Of a stretch of 64,000 nt of DNA, positions 1-9,783 are shown piece after piece. Every line of letters begins with the position of its first letter. The stretch's first letter is position 1. The stretch is from an uncultured Candidatus Saccharibacteria bacterium. Lineage in GTDB: Bacteria > Patescibacteriota > Minisyncoccia > Phycocordibacterales > UBA918. A program made the translations under genes and the position numbers. Under the pieces are notes generated by a model. It saw nothing but the letters and a program-made list of their open reading frames with translations, was not told the origin of the DNA and searched no databases. Where the stretch lies: positions 7,921 through 71,920 of the forward strand of contig CAYOAM010000003.1 of NCBI GenBank assembly GCA_964402035.1. The letters run 5' to 3'.

Positions 1-21
1 TCGTGTATCAATAATTTCTCG

Positions 22-1791
22 TTGTGCTATCTACAGCACCGCATCGTCATGCCCTCCATGAAAAGAATAGACCGGCTATTTCATTTTGTTGAAACACGGC
101 CCGCAAGCGATCGAGCAATCTTGAAGTTCTTGCTCCTGTGTTCATTAGGAACATTACTTTTTGCGTTGATCAGTATGAGTACGCGCGCAACAATCGGTGT
201 ACCAGAACGTGGTGGCATATTGTCAGAAGGTATCGTGGGCACGCCACGCTTCATCAATCCACTCTTAGCTGCAACAAGCGCCGACCGTGATCTTAGCGCA
301 CTTATATACGCAGGACTTATGCGCCTCGGGAGCGACGGATCACTCCATCCCGATATGGCCGAGTCACTCACTGTTTCAGATGATGGCCTCACCTACAACA
401 TCGTGTTGCGCAGCAACAATACTTTTCATGATGACATACCAGTGACCGCAGACGATGTGATTTTTACTATATTGCGCGCGCAAGACCCCATGCTTAAAAG
501 TCCGCTGCGTGCCAACTGGGAAGGAGTGACTATAGAACGTATTGGTGAATATGAATTGAACCTCGTACTCAGTGAACCCTATGCACCGTTTATCGAAAAT
601 CTTACGATGGGTATTTTGCCACGTCATATTTGGGAGTTCGCAGAGATTGATCAAATACCATTTAGTCCGCACAATAGCGAACCTATAGGATCCGGTCCCT
701 ACATGATCAAAAACACCAAGAGGAACAGCTCTGGTATACCTGACGCATATATATTGAGTCCGTTTGATGACTATCATGGTGATATTCCCCGTATCGCAAC
801 ACTCAACGTACAGTTTTTCCAAAACGAAGAAGCGCTACTCGACGCGCTCATTGCAAAAAAAATAGATAGCGCCGCTAGTCTCTCACCACAGGCACTCGAC
901 ACCCTACTTGCAAATCCATCGACCAAAGATTCACACACCCTATACCGCACACCGCTTCCTCGCACATTTGCACTCTTCTTTAATCAAAATGAAGAACCGC
1001 TGTTCAGAGAACCTGCAGTACGTAAGGCGCTCAATACAGCCCTCGACCGCGATCGTATTGTGCAGGAAGTATTGGGTGGCTATGGGCAACCAATCGACGG
1101 TCCACTTCCCCCTGGTTTTACTACACTACCAACGTACAGTGCGACATCAACAACCCCTTCACAAAAAATAGATGCCGCTCGTGATATTCTTCGTGAAGGT
1201 GGTTTCAAAATCAACGAAACAACAGGACTGTGGGAGAAAAAAGTTGGTACCGAGGTGAAAGAATTGAAATTTAGTATTGAGACTGCAAATACCGACACAT
1301 TTGTCGCGACCGCAGAGATATTAAAAACAATCTGGGGAGAAGTTGGTATACCAGTTGATATTAAAAAATTTGAACAGTCGGACCTGACGCAGACGATCAT
1401 ACGTCCACGAAAATATAGCGCGCTACTGTTTGGGACTGCCGTTGGACGCGAACTCGATTTTTATTCATTCTGGCACTCATCCCAACGCAATGACCCTGGT
1501 CTCAATATAGCTCTCTACGCAAATATCACAACCGACGCAGTCCTGACCGAAGCACGCACAAAAACAAATAGGGACGACCGCGCGGAGGCGTACAAACGAT
1601 TTGCAGACGAAATGCGCACCGACCTCCCTGCACTGTTCCTCTTTGTTCCCGAATTTACCTACTTACTGCCAGACCGCATTCACGAGGTAACAGTAGCAGG
1701 ATTAGCAGGACCCAGTGAACGTTTCAGTAGTATCGGCGCTTGGTACACGAACACCGAATCGGTATGGCCATTTTTTAACAACACAAAATAA
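22..1791 (+). CDS. ABC transporter substrate-binding protein, family 5 (peptide/nickel, DppA/OppA-like)
   Basis: 589-aa ORF with an N-terminal signal/anchor. SBP_bac_5-like motifs are present (…IYAGLMRLGSDGSLHPDMAESLTVSDDGLTYNIVLR…). The true start may be the internal Met at ~49/58. Confidence 0.8.
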   Translation: MCYLQHRIVMPSMKRIDRLFHFVETRPASDRAILKFLLLCSLGTLLFALISMSTRATIGVPERGGILSEGIVGTPRFINPLLAATSADRDLSALIYAGLMRLGSDGSLHPDMAESLTVSDDGLTYNIVLRSNNTFHDDIPVTADDVIFTILRAQDPMLKSPLRANWEGVTIERIGEYELNLVLSEPYAPFIENLTMGILPRHIWEFAEIDQIPFSPHNSEPIGSGPYMIKNTKRNSSGIPDAYILSPFDDYHGDIPRIATLNVQFFQNEEALLDALIAKKIDSAASLSPQALDTLLANPSTKDSHTLYRTPLPRTFALFFNQNEEPLFREPAVRKALNTALDRDRIVQEVLGGYGQPIDGPLPPGFTTLPTYSATSTTPSQKIDAARDILREGGFKINETTGLWEKKVGTEVKELKFSIETANTDTFVATAEILKTIWGEVGIPVDIKKFEQSDLTQTIIRPRKYSALLFGTAVGRELDFYSFWHSSQRNDPGLNIALYANITTDAVLTEARTKTNRDDRAEAYKRFADEMRTDLPALFLFVPEFTYLLPDRIHEVTVAGLAGPSERFSSIGAWYTNTESVWPFFNNTK

Positions 1792-1814
1792 CACATCAGT
1801 ACTACTACACCATT

Positions 1815-3875
1815 ATGAACACAACAACACCATCGACCGGAGCAACTCCACAACCATACGGCAATCGTCGTCCGTTTTCTCATGCACGACGCCGCCCTAT
1901 GGGTGGAAGTGGTGGCGCCACTACACGTAGCGCCCATCGACCACTAGCACGTACCGGAACACCATCACACACGAGCGCACACGCACACCGACCACCCGCA
2001 ACGCACACGCGAGCTACACCTTCAGCATCGGGAGATCGTGCGCCCGTTCGCAGCGGCAGCGCTCCACGATCTCGCGACGGCGGAGCAAAGCGTCATGCAC
2101 GCTCTGGTCGCGACCGCGGTCCACGCAATACCGTAGGACAAATCAATCAGCGCATCACAATTGCAGATCCTGCGCGTCCTATTGTGCCGCCACTTACCGA
2201 TGAAGATTCAGTACGCATTATTCCTGTCGGTGGCGTTGAAGAAGTAGGAAAAAACATGATGATTGTGGAGACTAAAGATGACATCATCATTTTTGATGCT
2301 GGTTTCCAGTTTGTGTCAGACGAAAACGATGCGCCGGGTATCAACTATATTTTGCCTAACACGCAATACCTAGAGGACAACAAACACAAGATCCGCGCAC
2401 TCGTGATCACACACGGCCACCTCGACCATATTGGCGGTATTCCGTTTCTTATTGATCGTATTGGCAATCCACCAATCTACACGCGCTACCTCACATCCCT
2501 CATGATTTTGAAGCGGCAAGAAGAATTCCCCCATTTGCCAAAAGTGGTGATGCACGTCATCGAACCATGGCAGCGCATAAAACTCGGCAACACCTACATC
2601 AAGACGTTCCCCGTCACCCACTCAATCCCCGACTCAATGGGTATCTCTGTTGAAACCAAACACGGCAATGTCGTGATTTCTGGAGACCTTAAACTAGAAC
2701 ACGAAGACGGGATTGCATCTGATATCGAACAAGATACGTGGGGACGCATTGGAAAAGAAAAAAATATTCTGTTTATCGGCGACTCAACCAATGCTGAGAA
2801 AGACGGATTTTCAATCCCTGAGATTAAGGTGCACAACAATATTGAAGAGATCATTCGCACCGTAACTGGTCGCCTGATCATCGGTACGTTTGCATCACAG
2901 TTTGCTCGCATGACACATATCATCATGGCCTGTGAGCGTCTTGGAAAGAAAGTGGTAACCGAAGGTAGAAGTATCAAAAACAATATTGAGATTGCTCAAA
3001 AAGCAAACCTTCTCACCATTCAAAAAGGTACTATTATTCCCGTACAAGAGATCGATAGCTATCCTTCAGATCGCGTCGTCGTCATCTGCACCGGAGCGCA
3101 AGGTGAAGAATTTGCAGCACTCATGCGTATCGCAACCAAGAAACATAAGTTCGTAACTCTCGGCGAGCGCGATACGGTCATGCTCTCTTCGTCGGTTATT
3201 CCTGGCAATGAACTTTCGGTACAAAAACTGAAGGATAATATTTATCGCCGCGGCGCACACATCATCCACTACCGTGCTTCTGATGTGCACTCAACAGGAC
3301 ACGGAAATTCAGGAGAACTTGTATGGATTCGTGAGCAGGTAAACCCTACGTTCTTTATGCCTGCATATGGCTATCACTCAATGTTACGCTGCCATGCCTA
3401 CGCCAACATCGAAGCTGGTTTTCCAAAAGACAATGTCATCCTACCCGACAACGGCTCGGTCATTAATATTAAAAATGGCTCCGTGCTCACCGTCGACAAA
3501 CTCAAAATACCTTCTGAAAACATGATGGTAGACGGCTTCTCGGTTGGCACACGCCAAGAGGTCGTGATACGTGATAGACAATCACTGGCAAACGACGGAA
3601 TGTTTGTGGTTATTGCAACTATCAATCCAAAGACCGGCACACTAAGAAAGTCCCCCGACATTATTTCGCGTGGTTTTGTGTATCTTCGTGAATCGCAACA
3701 ATTGCTCCAAGAAGCACGCATTCTCATAAAGACGACCGTGGAGAAAGAAACCGAAAACATGAACCCGCTCAACCTTGACTATGTAAAGGAGGCACTTGCA
3801 GAAACACTGAGCGCATTCTTGCTCCAGAAAACGAATAAGACACCAATGGTTATACCTGTCCTTATCGGCTTGTAA
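1815..3875 (+). CDS. rnj: Ribonuclease J (metallo-beta-lactamase/beta-CASP RNase) with a ~120-aa Arg/Ser/Thr/His-rich N-terminal extension
   Basis: The core starts at VRIIPVGGVEEVGKNM and carries the HGHLDHIGG metallo-beta-lactamase motif and a beta-CASP region. A GC-rich basic low-complexity region lies upstream. No internal Met occurs between residue 29 and the core. Confidence 0.85.
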   Translation: MNTTTPSTGATPQPYGNRRPFSHARRRPMGGSGGATTRSAHRPLARTGTPSHTSAHAHRPPATHTRATPSASGDRAPVRSGSAPRSRDGGAKRHARSGRDRGPRNTVGQINQRITIADPARPIVPPLTDEDSVRIIPVGGVEEVGKNMMIVETKDDIIIFDAGFQFVSDENDAPGINYILPNTQYLEDNKHKIRALVITHGHLDHIGGIPFLIDRIGNPPIYTRYLTSLMILKRQEEFPHLPKVVMHVIEPWQRIKLGNTYIKTFPVTHSIPDSMGISVETKHGNVVISGDLKLEHEDGIASDIEQDTWGRIGKEKNILFIGDSTNAEKDGFSIPEIKVHNNIEEIIRTVTGRLIIGTFASQFARMTHIIMACERLGKKVVTEGRSIKNNIEIAQKANLLTIQKGTIIPVQEIDSYPSDRVVVICTGAQGEEFAALMRIATKKHKFVTLGERDTVMLSSSVIPGNELSVQKLKDNIYRRGAHIIHYRASDVHSTGHGNSGELVWIREQVNPTFFMPAYGYHSMLRCHAYANIEAGFPKDNVILPDNGSVINIKNGSVLTVDKLKIPSENMMVDGFSVGTRQEVVIRDRQSLANDGMFVVIATINPKTGTLRKSPDIISRGFVYLRESQQLLQEARILIKTTVEKETENMNPLNLDYVKEALAETLSAFLLQKTNKTPMVIPVLIGL

Positions 3876-3905
3876 AGAGTACGATTAAAAAAGCCAACCA
3901 ACTTT

Positions 3906-5105
3906 GTGATCAAACATCTAGCGGGAGAATCGAAACGACATCTGAAAGCAACGAAGTCGTTTGCGGTCGTATATCTTGCCATGCTGGTCCTTTCGCTCCA
4001 CTGGGCGACAGTGCTCTATGTCAATTCAACATTTCTCGAACAGTTTGTCAGTAGCGAGGCTGTCGGTACACTCTTTATAATTGGATCGGCGCTCACTATT
4101 TTTGCCTTCCTCTTTATATCGAGTGTATTGCGCATACTCGGCAATTACAAACTCACGCTCGTGCTGACGGCGATAGAATTCTGCGTACTTATTGGTCTTG
4201 CATTTGCTGAAAGTATGCGCGTTGCCGTACCACTCTTTATCATCCACCAAGCAGTCGTACCGCTCATCCTTTTTAACCTCGATGTCTTTGTCGAAAGTCT
4301 AACAAAAAACGAATCCGAAACGGGCGGAAAGCGTGGCATCATGCTCACGACCATGAGTTTTGCGAGCGCACTTGCACCATTGGGAACAGGCTTGCTTCTC
4401 GGATCCGATACACCACACTTCAGTATCGCGTATATGGTGAGCGCAGCGCTACTCATACCGTTTGTCTATATCGTATGGAAAAACTTTAAGACATTTTCTG
4501 ATTCTCCCTACCCACACATTGAGGTACTACAAAGCATCCGCTCATTTTGGATAGATCGCAATCTGCGGTATGTCTTTATGGCACACTTTCTCTTGCAGCT
4601 CTTCTTTGCGTGGATGGTGATTTATGTCCCACTCTATCTCGCAACCAAAATTGGTCTCCACTGGGATGCTATTGGCGTTATTTTGTTTGTTGGTCTGTTG
4701 GCCTATGTATTTTTGGAATACCCTATAGGAAGAGTCGCGGATCTCTACATCGGAGAAAAGGAAATGATGGCAACAGGATTTTTTATTCTTGCCATGGCAA
4801 CGTGCTGGATCTCTTTTATCACGACCCCCGTTATTATTCCGTGGATCGTGACAATGTTTCTAACGCGGGTCGGAGCAAGCCTCGTTGAGACCACCACGGA
4901 GACGTACTTTTTTAAACACACCAGCGGCAAAGATGCACATATCATTAGTTTTTTTCGCATCACCCGACCGCTCGGCATTGTTATAGGAGCGCTTTTGGGC
5001 AGTCTTGCGCTGCTCTATATGCCGTTTCAATTTATCTTTGTTGCACTTGGTGGCGTCATGCTCTTGGGTATCATCTGCAGTGTTCTACTGGTCGACACGC
5101 GCTAG
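3906..5105 (+). CDS. Multi-pass membrane transporter (MFS-like)
   Basis: 399 aa with about 10-12 predicted TM helices. No diagnostic motif was recognised with certainty. Confidence 0.5.
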   Translation: MIKHLAGESKRHLKATKSFAVVYLAMLVLSLHWATVLYVNSTFLEQFVSSEAVGTLFIIGSALTIFAFLFISSVLRILGNYKLTLVLTAIEFCVLIGLAFAESMRVAVPLFIIHQAVVPLILFNLDVFVESLTKNESETGGKRGIMLTTMSFASALAPLGTGLLLGSDTPHFSIAYMVSAALLIPFVYIVWKNFKTFSDSPYPHIEVLQSIRSFWIDRNLRYVFMAHFLLQLFFAWMVIYVPLYLATKIGLHWDAIGVILFVGLLAYVFLEYPIGRVADLYIGEKEMMATGFFILAMATCWISFITTPVIIPWIVTMFLTRVGASLVETTTETYFFKHTSGKDAHIISFFRITRPLGIVIGALLGSLALLYMPFQFIFVALGGVMLLGIICSVLLVDTR

Positions 5106-5106
5106 C

Positions 5107-5925
5107 CTACGGCAGTCTCCACTTCCCCACTCGATACACAACCAAGCCTTCTTTTGAGAGTGTGCTCGCGTATCGCACCAAGGACGGCTGTTTAAGACCT
5201 ACCTTCTTTGCAAGTTCAGCAGTCGTGTACGCAGTATCGCGGAGCGCACGCACTATTGACCCGCGTATTTGGCGCGATGATCCCTCAAATGTGCTCTGTC
5301 TCGTATAGCTTTTCGCACGTTTATTTTGATTGCCATGTGTACGTTTTATCCAGGACCCATAATCCATAAGTGCGGCATACCAGAGGCGCGGATTTTTACG
5401 ATCAAGTGTTTCGGTGATACGCGCCACTAGCTCCGTATCAGAAACATCGTTCTTCTTTGGAAAAAAATGGTACAAAAAAACAGTACGAATATTGGTTTCG
5501 ATTATTGGTACTGGCATGTTGTATGCAAAGGCAAGCACTGCTCCTGCAGTATAGGGACCGACACCGGGTAATGCTCGTAGCCCTTCAAAAGAATCTGGGA
5601 ACACGCCACTATGTTTCTTCATGATTTCTTTCGCGGCTTCATGGAGCATGCGAGCACGACGATTGTATCCAAGTCCACTCCACAGACGAAGCACGTCTCC
5701 CAACGTTGCCTGAGCAAGGATGGCACACGTTGGGAACGCAGTCATGAAGACTTGATACTTTGGCACCACACGATCTACTTGTGTCTGCTGCAGCATTATT
5801 TCAGACACAAGAATACTGTAAGGATCAGTGGTCTGCCGCCATGGAAATGATCGTCCGTCCTCTTTGTAATGTGTCCTGACGATTTTCTGAAATACGCGTA
5901 TGTCTTGTGCCGTGAGTCCGCGCAT
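5107..5925 (-). CDS. HhH-GPD superfamily DNA glycosylase (MutY/Nth-like) with a C-terminal winged-helix-like tail, lacking the 4Fe-4S Cys motif
   Basis: The HhH-GPD core is present (…LPGVGPYTAGAVLAFAYN…, ILVSEIMLQQTQV). No C-x6-C-x2-C-x5-C motif is present. The C-terminus resembles an HTH (…ELAKKVGLKQPSLVRYASTLSKEGLV). Confidence 0.7.
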   Translation of the reverse strand: MRGLTAQDIRVFQKIVRTHYKEDGRSFPWRQTTDPYSILVSEIMLQQTQVDRVVPKYQVFMTAFPTCAILAQATLGDVLRLWSGLGYNRRARMLHEAAKEIMKKHSGVFPDSFEGLRALPGVGPYTAGAVLAFAYNMPVPIIETNIRTVFLYHFFPKKNDVSDTELVARITETLDRKNPRLWYAALMDYGSWIKRTHGNQNKRAKSYTRQSTFEGSSRQIRGSIVRALRDTAYTTAELAKKVGLKQPSLVRYASTLSKEGLVVYRVGKWRLP

Positions 5926-5928
5926 AGT

Positions 5929-6795
5929 CTACGAAGTGAACTGAAGGAAGATAACGTGCTCGAGATCCCATTCTGCCTTGGTGAGAATACGTTCGTTATA
6001 CATACCTGCTTCTGGCCAGTTTGCTTCTGAGATGGATAGCGTGCCATCGGGAAATACCGCTTCAACATAGCCAAGATGCCCCATCTCTTCTGGCACATCA
6101 ACACGATCGGTAAACTCAATGACTGTTCCAACGGCAGGCGTCGCTATTTTTCGAACTGTTGGAACGGTAGCCAGAATGTCACTCCACATACCTGGTTTAC
6201 GCGGTCGTACCGGTGGCCACTTCACCGTTACACCACGACGGATTAAACGATAGAGCACGTATTCTTCGGACTGGAGCGGCATACCTGCTTCGCCTGCCCC
6301 AAATTCATCATTGATAATAGCGCGTACGCGTATCGTGGTCGGATCATCAGCATCATTTGGCGCTCCAATCACAAACGATGGATACACATGCGCTGCCCGG
6401 TCTTCCAAATCATCAACGTACACCCATCCACGATACGATCCACTCGCAACTTCTGCCCACAAATCTTGATCCTGCAGTACCATCACCATGGATCCATACG
6501 GCAGCACGGTGTACACAGTATCTCCATACGCACCGGCAGCACTACGCAACGGCGTTGCGATCGAAGATGTGTACATCACCGTATTTTTCTGTATCTTTTT
6601 TCGCTCTGACACCTCTTTATGTGTACGCAAGTCATCGTCATTGGTCGTCGAAAGCCCTGCAGTTATCTGTGTATATGTTTTTGGGGGCGGTAATGCAGAT
6701 ACGGTGGTGATTTTATTGGCAGGATGAAAAAAATGCTCGGTGAAATCAACAACGAAATCTACGAGGTCTTTGGCTACCGCAAAGATAAGCTGCAT
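5929..6795 (-). CDS. Hypothetical protein with a bacterial SH3-like domain
   Basis: SH3b-like segment (GSMVMVLQDQDLWAEVASGSYRGWVYVDDLE). The C-terminal domain is of unknown function, and the real start is possibly an internal Met. Confidence 0.45.
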   Translation of the reverse strand: MQLIFAVAKDLVDFVVDFTEHFFHPANKITTVSALPPPKTYTQITAGLSTTNDDDLRTHKEVSERKKIQKNTVMYTSSIATPLRSAAGAYGDTVYTVLPYGSMVMVLQDQDLWAEVASGSYRGWVYVDDLEDRAAHVYPSFVIGAPNDADDPTTIRVRAIINDEFGAGEAGMPLQSEEYVLYRLIRRGVTVKWPPVRPRKPGMWSDILATVPTVRKIATPAVGTVIEFTDRVDVPEEMGHLGYVEAVFPDGTLSISEANWPEAGMYNERILTKAEWDLEHVIFLQFTS

Positions 6796-6863
6796 ATCGA
6801 CGGCACTATAGCACTGTGGGGTTTTCTTGGAAAGCGGACATTTTTAAGCCTTTGGTAGAGCCG

Positions 6864-7532
6864 CTAGTGGGCCCGCGGCCAGCACTGATTGGAAGCAGGA
6901 TAGATCTTGGTAAGTGGATGCCCGACACAGTCATGCTTCCGCGCAGGGCATATATCACGTCCATAGTGCACCAGCCGATGGTTAAACTGCCACCAGTCCT
7001 TTTGTGGCATGATGCTCATAAGGTCTTTTTCTATGCGCACAGGATCCTTAAAATCTGACAGATCAAAACGAATAGCAAAACGGCGGACATGCGTATCAAC
7101 AGCAATACCCGCAGACGTTTGATAGAGATTAGAGAGCACCACATTTGCTGTCTTTCGTGCAACCCCCGGCAACTGCAACAAGTCCTCCATCGTGTGCGGT
7201 ATCACTCCACCAAATCGCTCCTGCAGCATGCGAGCCGCGCCAATAATATTCCGCGCTTTATTTCGGTAAAATCCGCATGAAAAAATGTCACGCTCAAAAA
7301 CGCTTTGCTGCGCATGCACATAATCTTCCAAGCGAGGATACTTTTTAAAGAGTGTTGCCGTGACTTTGTTGACCCGCTCGTCGGTACATTGTGCTGAAAG
7401 CTGTACCGCGACCAAAAGCTCCCATGGCGTTGTATAGTGAAGTGCTATGTGCGCCTTAGGATAAAGGCGCCTCAGCGTGCGATTCATGCGCATGACGCGT
7501 GCCGTCCGTTCATTTTTTTGCGTCACGTTCAT
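6864..7532 (-). CDS. nth: Endonuclease III (Nth) family DNA glycosylase/AP lyase
   Basis: Typical Nth sequence (ELLVAVQLSAQCTDERVNKVT…LPGVARKTANVVL…). The C-terminal cluster motif is degenerate (C-x6-C-x2-H, no 4th Cys). Confidence 0.85.
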   Translation of the reverse strand: MNVTQKNERTARVMRMNRTLRRLYPKAHIALHYTTPWELLVAVQLSAQCTDERVNKVTATLFKKYPRLEDYVHAQQSVFERDIFSCGFYRNKARNIIGAARMLQERFGGVIPHTMEDLLQLPGVARKTANVVLSNLYQTSAGIAVDTHVRRFAIRFDLSDFKDPVRIEKDLMSIMPQKDWWQFNHRLVHYGRDICPARKHDCVGHPLTKIYPASNQCWPRAH

Positions 7533-7543
7533 GCGGCTTGATG

Positions 7544-7936
7544 CTACCCGATACTCTTCAGTCGCTCAGCGATTACCAAAACTCGCTCAACAAATGACTC
7601 AATAGTCTGCTGATCTTCTTTCGTTGTACACGTCTTACAAAATGAGAGATACTCTGCTACTTTTTTCTCTTTTCTCTTTAGTATGTACTGTGCAAGATAC
7701 CGAGTCCCAAAAAGCAACCGCCTCATGCGCATAGTGTACCGCTCAAAATGAGAAACTCGTCCCATGTCCCCACGCACACCTGACTTGCGCGCCCAGAAAT
7801 CAAATTGCGCACGCAATGTTTCTGCAAGATCACTCAAGATAGACTTGAGTATGGGATCCGTCTCGCGATCAGCAAGATCCGCGTACAGTGTATAGGCTTC
7901 AAGGGTTGTGCGTGCAAAAAAAGACTCGTCTTTCAT
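7544..7936 (-). CDS. Hypothetical helical protein
   Basis: The ORF is trimmed to the internal Met (MKDESFF…), 5 nt after the upstream stop. No recognisable domain was found. Confidence 0.4.
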   Translation of the reverse strand: MKDESFFARTTLEAYTLYADLADRETDPILKSILSDLAETLRAQFDFWARKSGVRGDMGRVSHFERYTMRMRRLLFGTRYLAQYILKRKEKKVAEYLSFCKTCTTKEDQQTIESFVERVLVIAERLKSIG

Positions 7937-7940
7937 GAAG

Positions 7941-9068
7941 TTACGCACGCATTCGCGTATACCCATAATGCAATAGCATACCAAGCACCACAAAAAATAC
8001 TGCAGCACATATCAATACTCCGACATATGGCACTTGCAGCACCGCTTGGGTTAGGGCAACACCAGCAACCGTCCACATCCAATTTATGCGATATTCATGC
8101 ACAATGATTTTTGCCAATGCAGCACCGACAAATACTTGTGACAAAATAAGTGCCGCAAGGACAAGCGCGAGATACACGATCCATAAAAATATACCTACCG
8201 GTACCCCAATGACACTGATGAGCAATACGCTTGCTGCAATAGGCATCATAAGAAATGCCGCAAACCCTATAAAACCTGATAGTCCCAGCGCTGAAGATGA
8301 TGTGCGCACCACACCATAGACATAATCACGAAAGAGTAACACCGCAACGAGTGCTGAAAAGAGCGCCATAAATGCGACGTACAAGAACGCCCCCATGTCG
8401 CGCTGTGGATCCGCAGCAGCTTCACGCTGTGTGATTTTTCCTTCTACTACAGCATTTGGCGACCGAGAAATCTCGCGTGAACTTTCGTACAGAATGTCTT
8501 TGCCAATGTGCGCACTTTCGCCAAGCTGTATCGCCCCCGAAAGCGTTGCATCAACTGACCCAACACTACTGTTGATGACCAGCGATTCGGCCTGTACATG
8601 CAGCATGCCCACGACTTCCCCATCGACGTCCAATTGCCCGCCATAAAAATATAGATCTTCATCGATCGTCGCAGTCGACAACACCGTAGCAAAACCACCA
8701 ATGACAATCACATCACCTTTCACTGCTTCTGCGAGCTCAACACTTCCGCTCACGACTCGGACATCATCCTCCACATTGCCGTGAATCTGCACCGACCCAC
8801 CTATAGCAACCACGTCACCCATCACGGTCCCATTTATGGTAATGCTCTGCCCCACTGCGTAGAGATCTCCTTCAATCACCCCTGAAATATTGACGCTCTT
8901 CCCACCCAATGCATAAAAATCACCCGGCACAACCGCATCTTTTGGTACCGAGACGATATCTCCTGTTCGCATGACAGCAGCCTCTACTCTGACCGGGAAG
9001 ACCACGGTGATCAAAAAGAGACTAGTGAAAAATGTGGCTAGAAATAGGGACGAAATGACTTTCTTCAT
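7941..9068 (-). CDS. Bactofilin-like (polymer-forming beta-helix repeat) protein with a C-terminal 4-TM anchor
   Basis: A signal peptide is followed by repeated GDV/GNV beta-helix turns (…ISGVIEGDLYAVGQSITINGTVMGDVVAIGGSVQIHGNVEDDVRV…). Four hydrophobic helices lie at the C-terminus. Confidence 0.6.
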   Translation of the reverse strand: MKKVISSLFLATFFTSLFLITVVFPVRVEAAVMRTGDIVSVPKDAVVPGDFYALGGKSVNISGVIEGDLYAVGQSITINGTVMGDVVAIGGSVQIHGNVEDDVRVVSGSVELAEAVKGDVIVIGGFATVLSTATIDEDLYFYGGQLDVDGEVVGMLHVQAESLVINSSVGSVDATLSGAIQLGESAHIGKDILYESSREISRSPNAVVEGKITQREAAADPQRDMGAFLYVAFMALFSALVAVLLFRDYVYGVVRTSSSALGLSGFIGFAAFLMMPIAASVLLISVIGVPVGIFLWIVYLALVLAALILSQVFVGAALAKIIVHEYRINWMWTVAGVALTQAVLQVPYVGVLICAAVFFVVLGMLLHYGYTRMRA

Positions 9069-9157
9069 ATCAATATAGATTATCTAGACCCTTACTATAC
9101 TACAGAGACCACTCTCGAAGCTAGCGACCAAAACATGGTGGAGCGCGGTGTGCAAAC

Positions 9158-9565
9158 CTACTGCTGCATGCACGGCAAAACACGAACAACTTCCACGGGT
9201 CCTGGTTTACTGCCTGCAATGATCTCTTCCACCCTACCCTCACCGAGAGTTTTATAAGCGCATGCGATCATTGCGGGCGTCACCGTTACTTTCTCTGCAT
9301 CAATACCTAATGTAGACAACAGTGCCTTTTGCGAATCAGACAGTGACGCAGTATCAATCACAACTGGTGCAGTAATATTTTTTTCACCTGACGTTGTTGC
9401 GGTTTGAGGAACCCCGTCGAGAGCTGCGGTTGAAGTCGCTAGGTGGGGCACTGTCGTATCAGTAGTTTGTGGCGCTCCCGATTGCAGACTAGTAAACGAG
9501 TGCACATAATAGCCAACATAAAACCCGCATCCAAAAATGACCATCCAGATTATTATTTTCATCAT
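9158..9565 (-). CDS. Small secreted/anchored protein, family with a conserved C-terminal Cys pair (paralog of 44459-44839)
   Basis: N-terminal TM/signal and a Thr-rich linker. The conserved C-terminal block is QKALLSTLGID..KVTVTPAMIACA..LG.GRVEE…C. Confidence 0.6.
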   Translation of the reverse strand: MMKIIIWMVIFGCGFYVGYYVHSFTSLQSGAPQTTDTTVPHLATSTAALDGVPQTATTSGEKNITAPVVIDTASLSDSQKALLSTLGIDAEKVTVTPAMIACAYKTLGEGRVEEIIAGSKPGPVEVVRVLPCMQQ

Positions 9566-9738
9566 GCTGGTGCAGCATACTCCACCGGTGCATTAAGCAC
9601 AATGATGATCACTGTCCCAATACCAAACAACACAAGAAATCCGACAAATAACCAGATGCGTGTGCGCGATAGTTCACGCTCGCCGGTATACCAGTTGCGC
9701 GCAAAGAGAAATGGTGCAATAAATTTTAGGATTCGCAT
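9562..9738 (-). CDS. Small membrane protein (58 aa), possibly translationally coupled to the downstream gene
   Basis: ATG..TGA ORF below the 60-aa track threshold. It has one strongly hydrophobic helix, and its stop overlaps the start of 9158-9565 as ATGA. Confidence 0.35.
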   Translation of the reverse strand: MRILKFIAPFLFARNWYTGERELSRTRIWLFVGFLVLFGIGTVIIIVLNAPVEYAAPA

Positions 9739-9783
9739 AGTGGACTGTAATCTAGTATATCGTGAGATTGCGTCATGCGTTAT

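Noticed and set aside
81-1400. Multiple 60-150-aa ORFs antisense or out-of-frame within the substrate-binding protein gene (e.g. 81-392, 376-822, 1080-1400)
   Set aside because: They are fully embedded in a well-supported 589-aa gene and have no independent signals.
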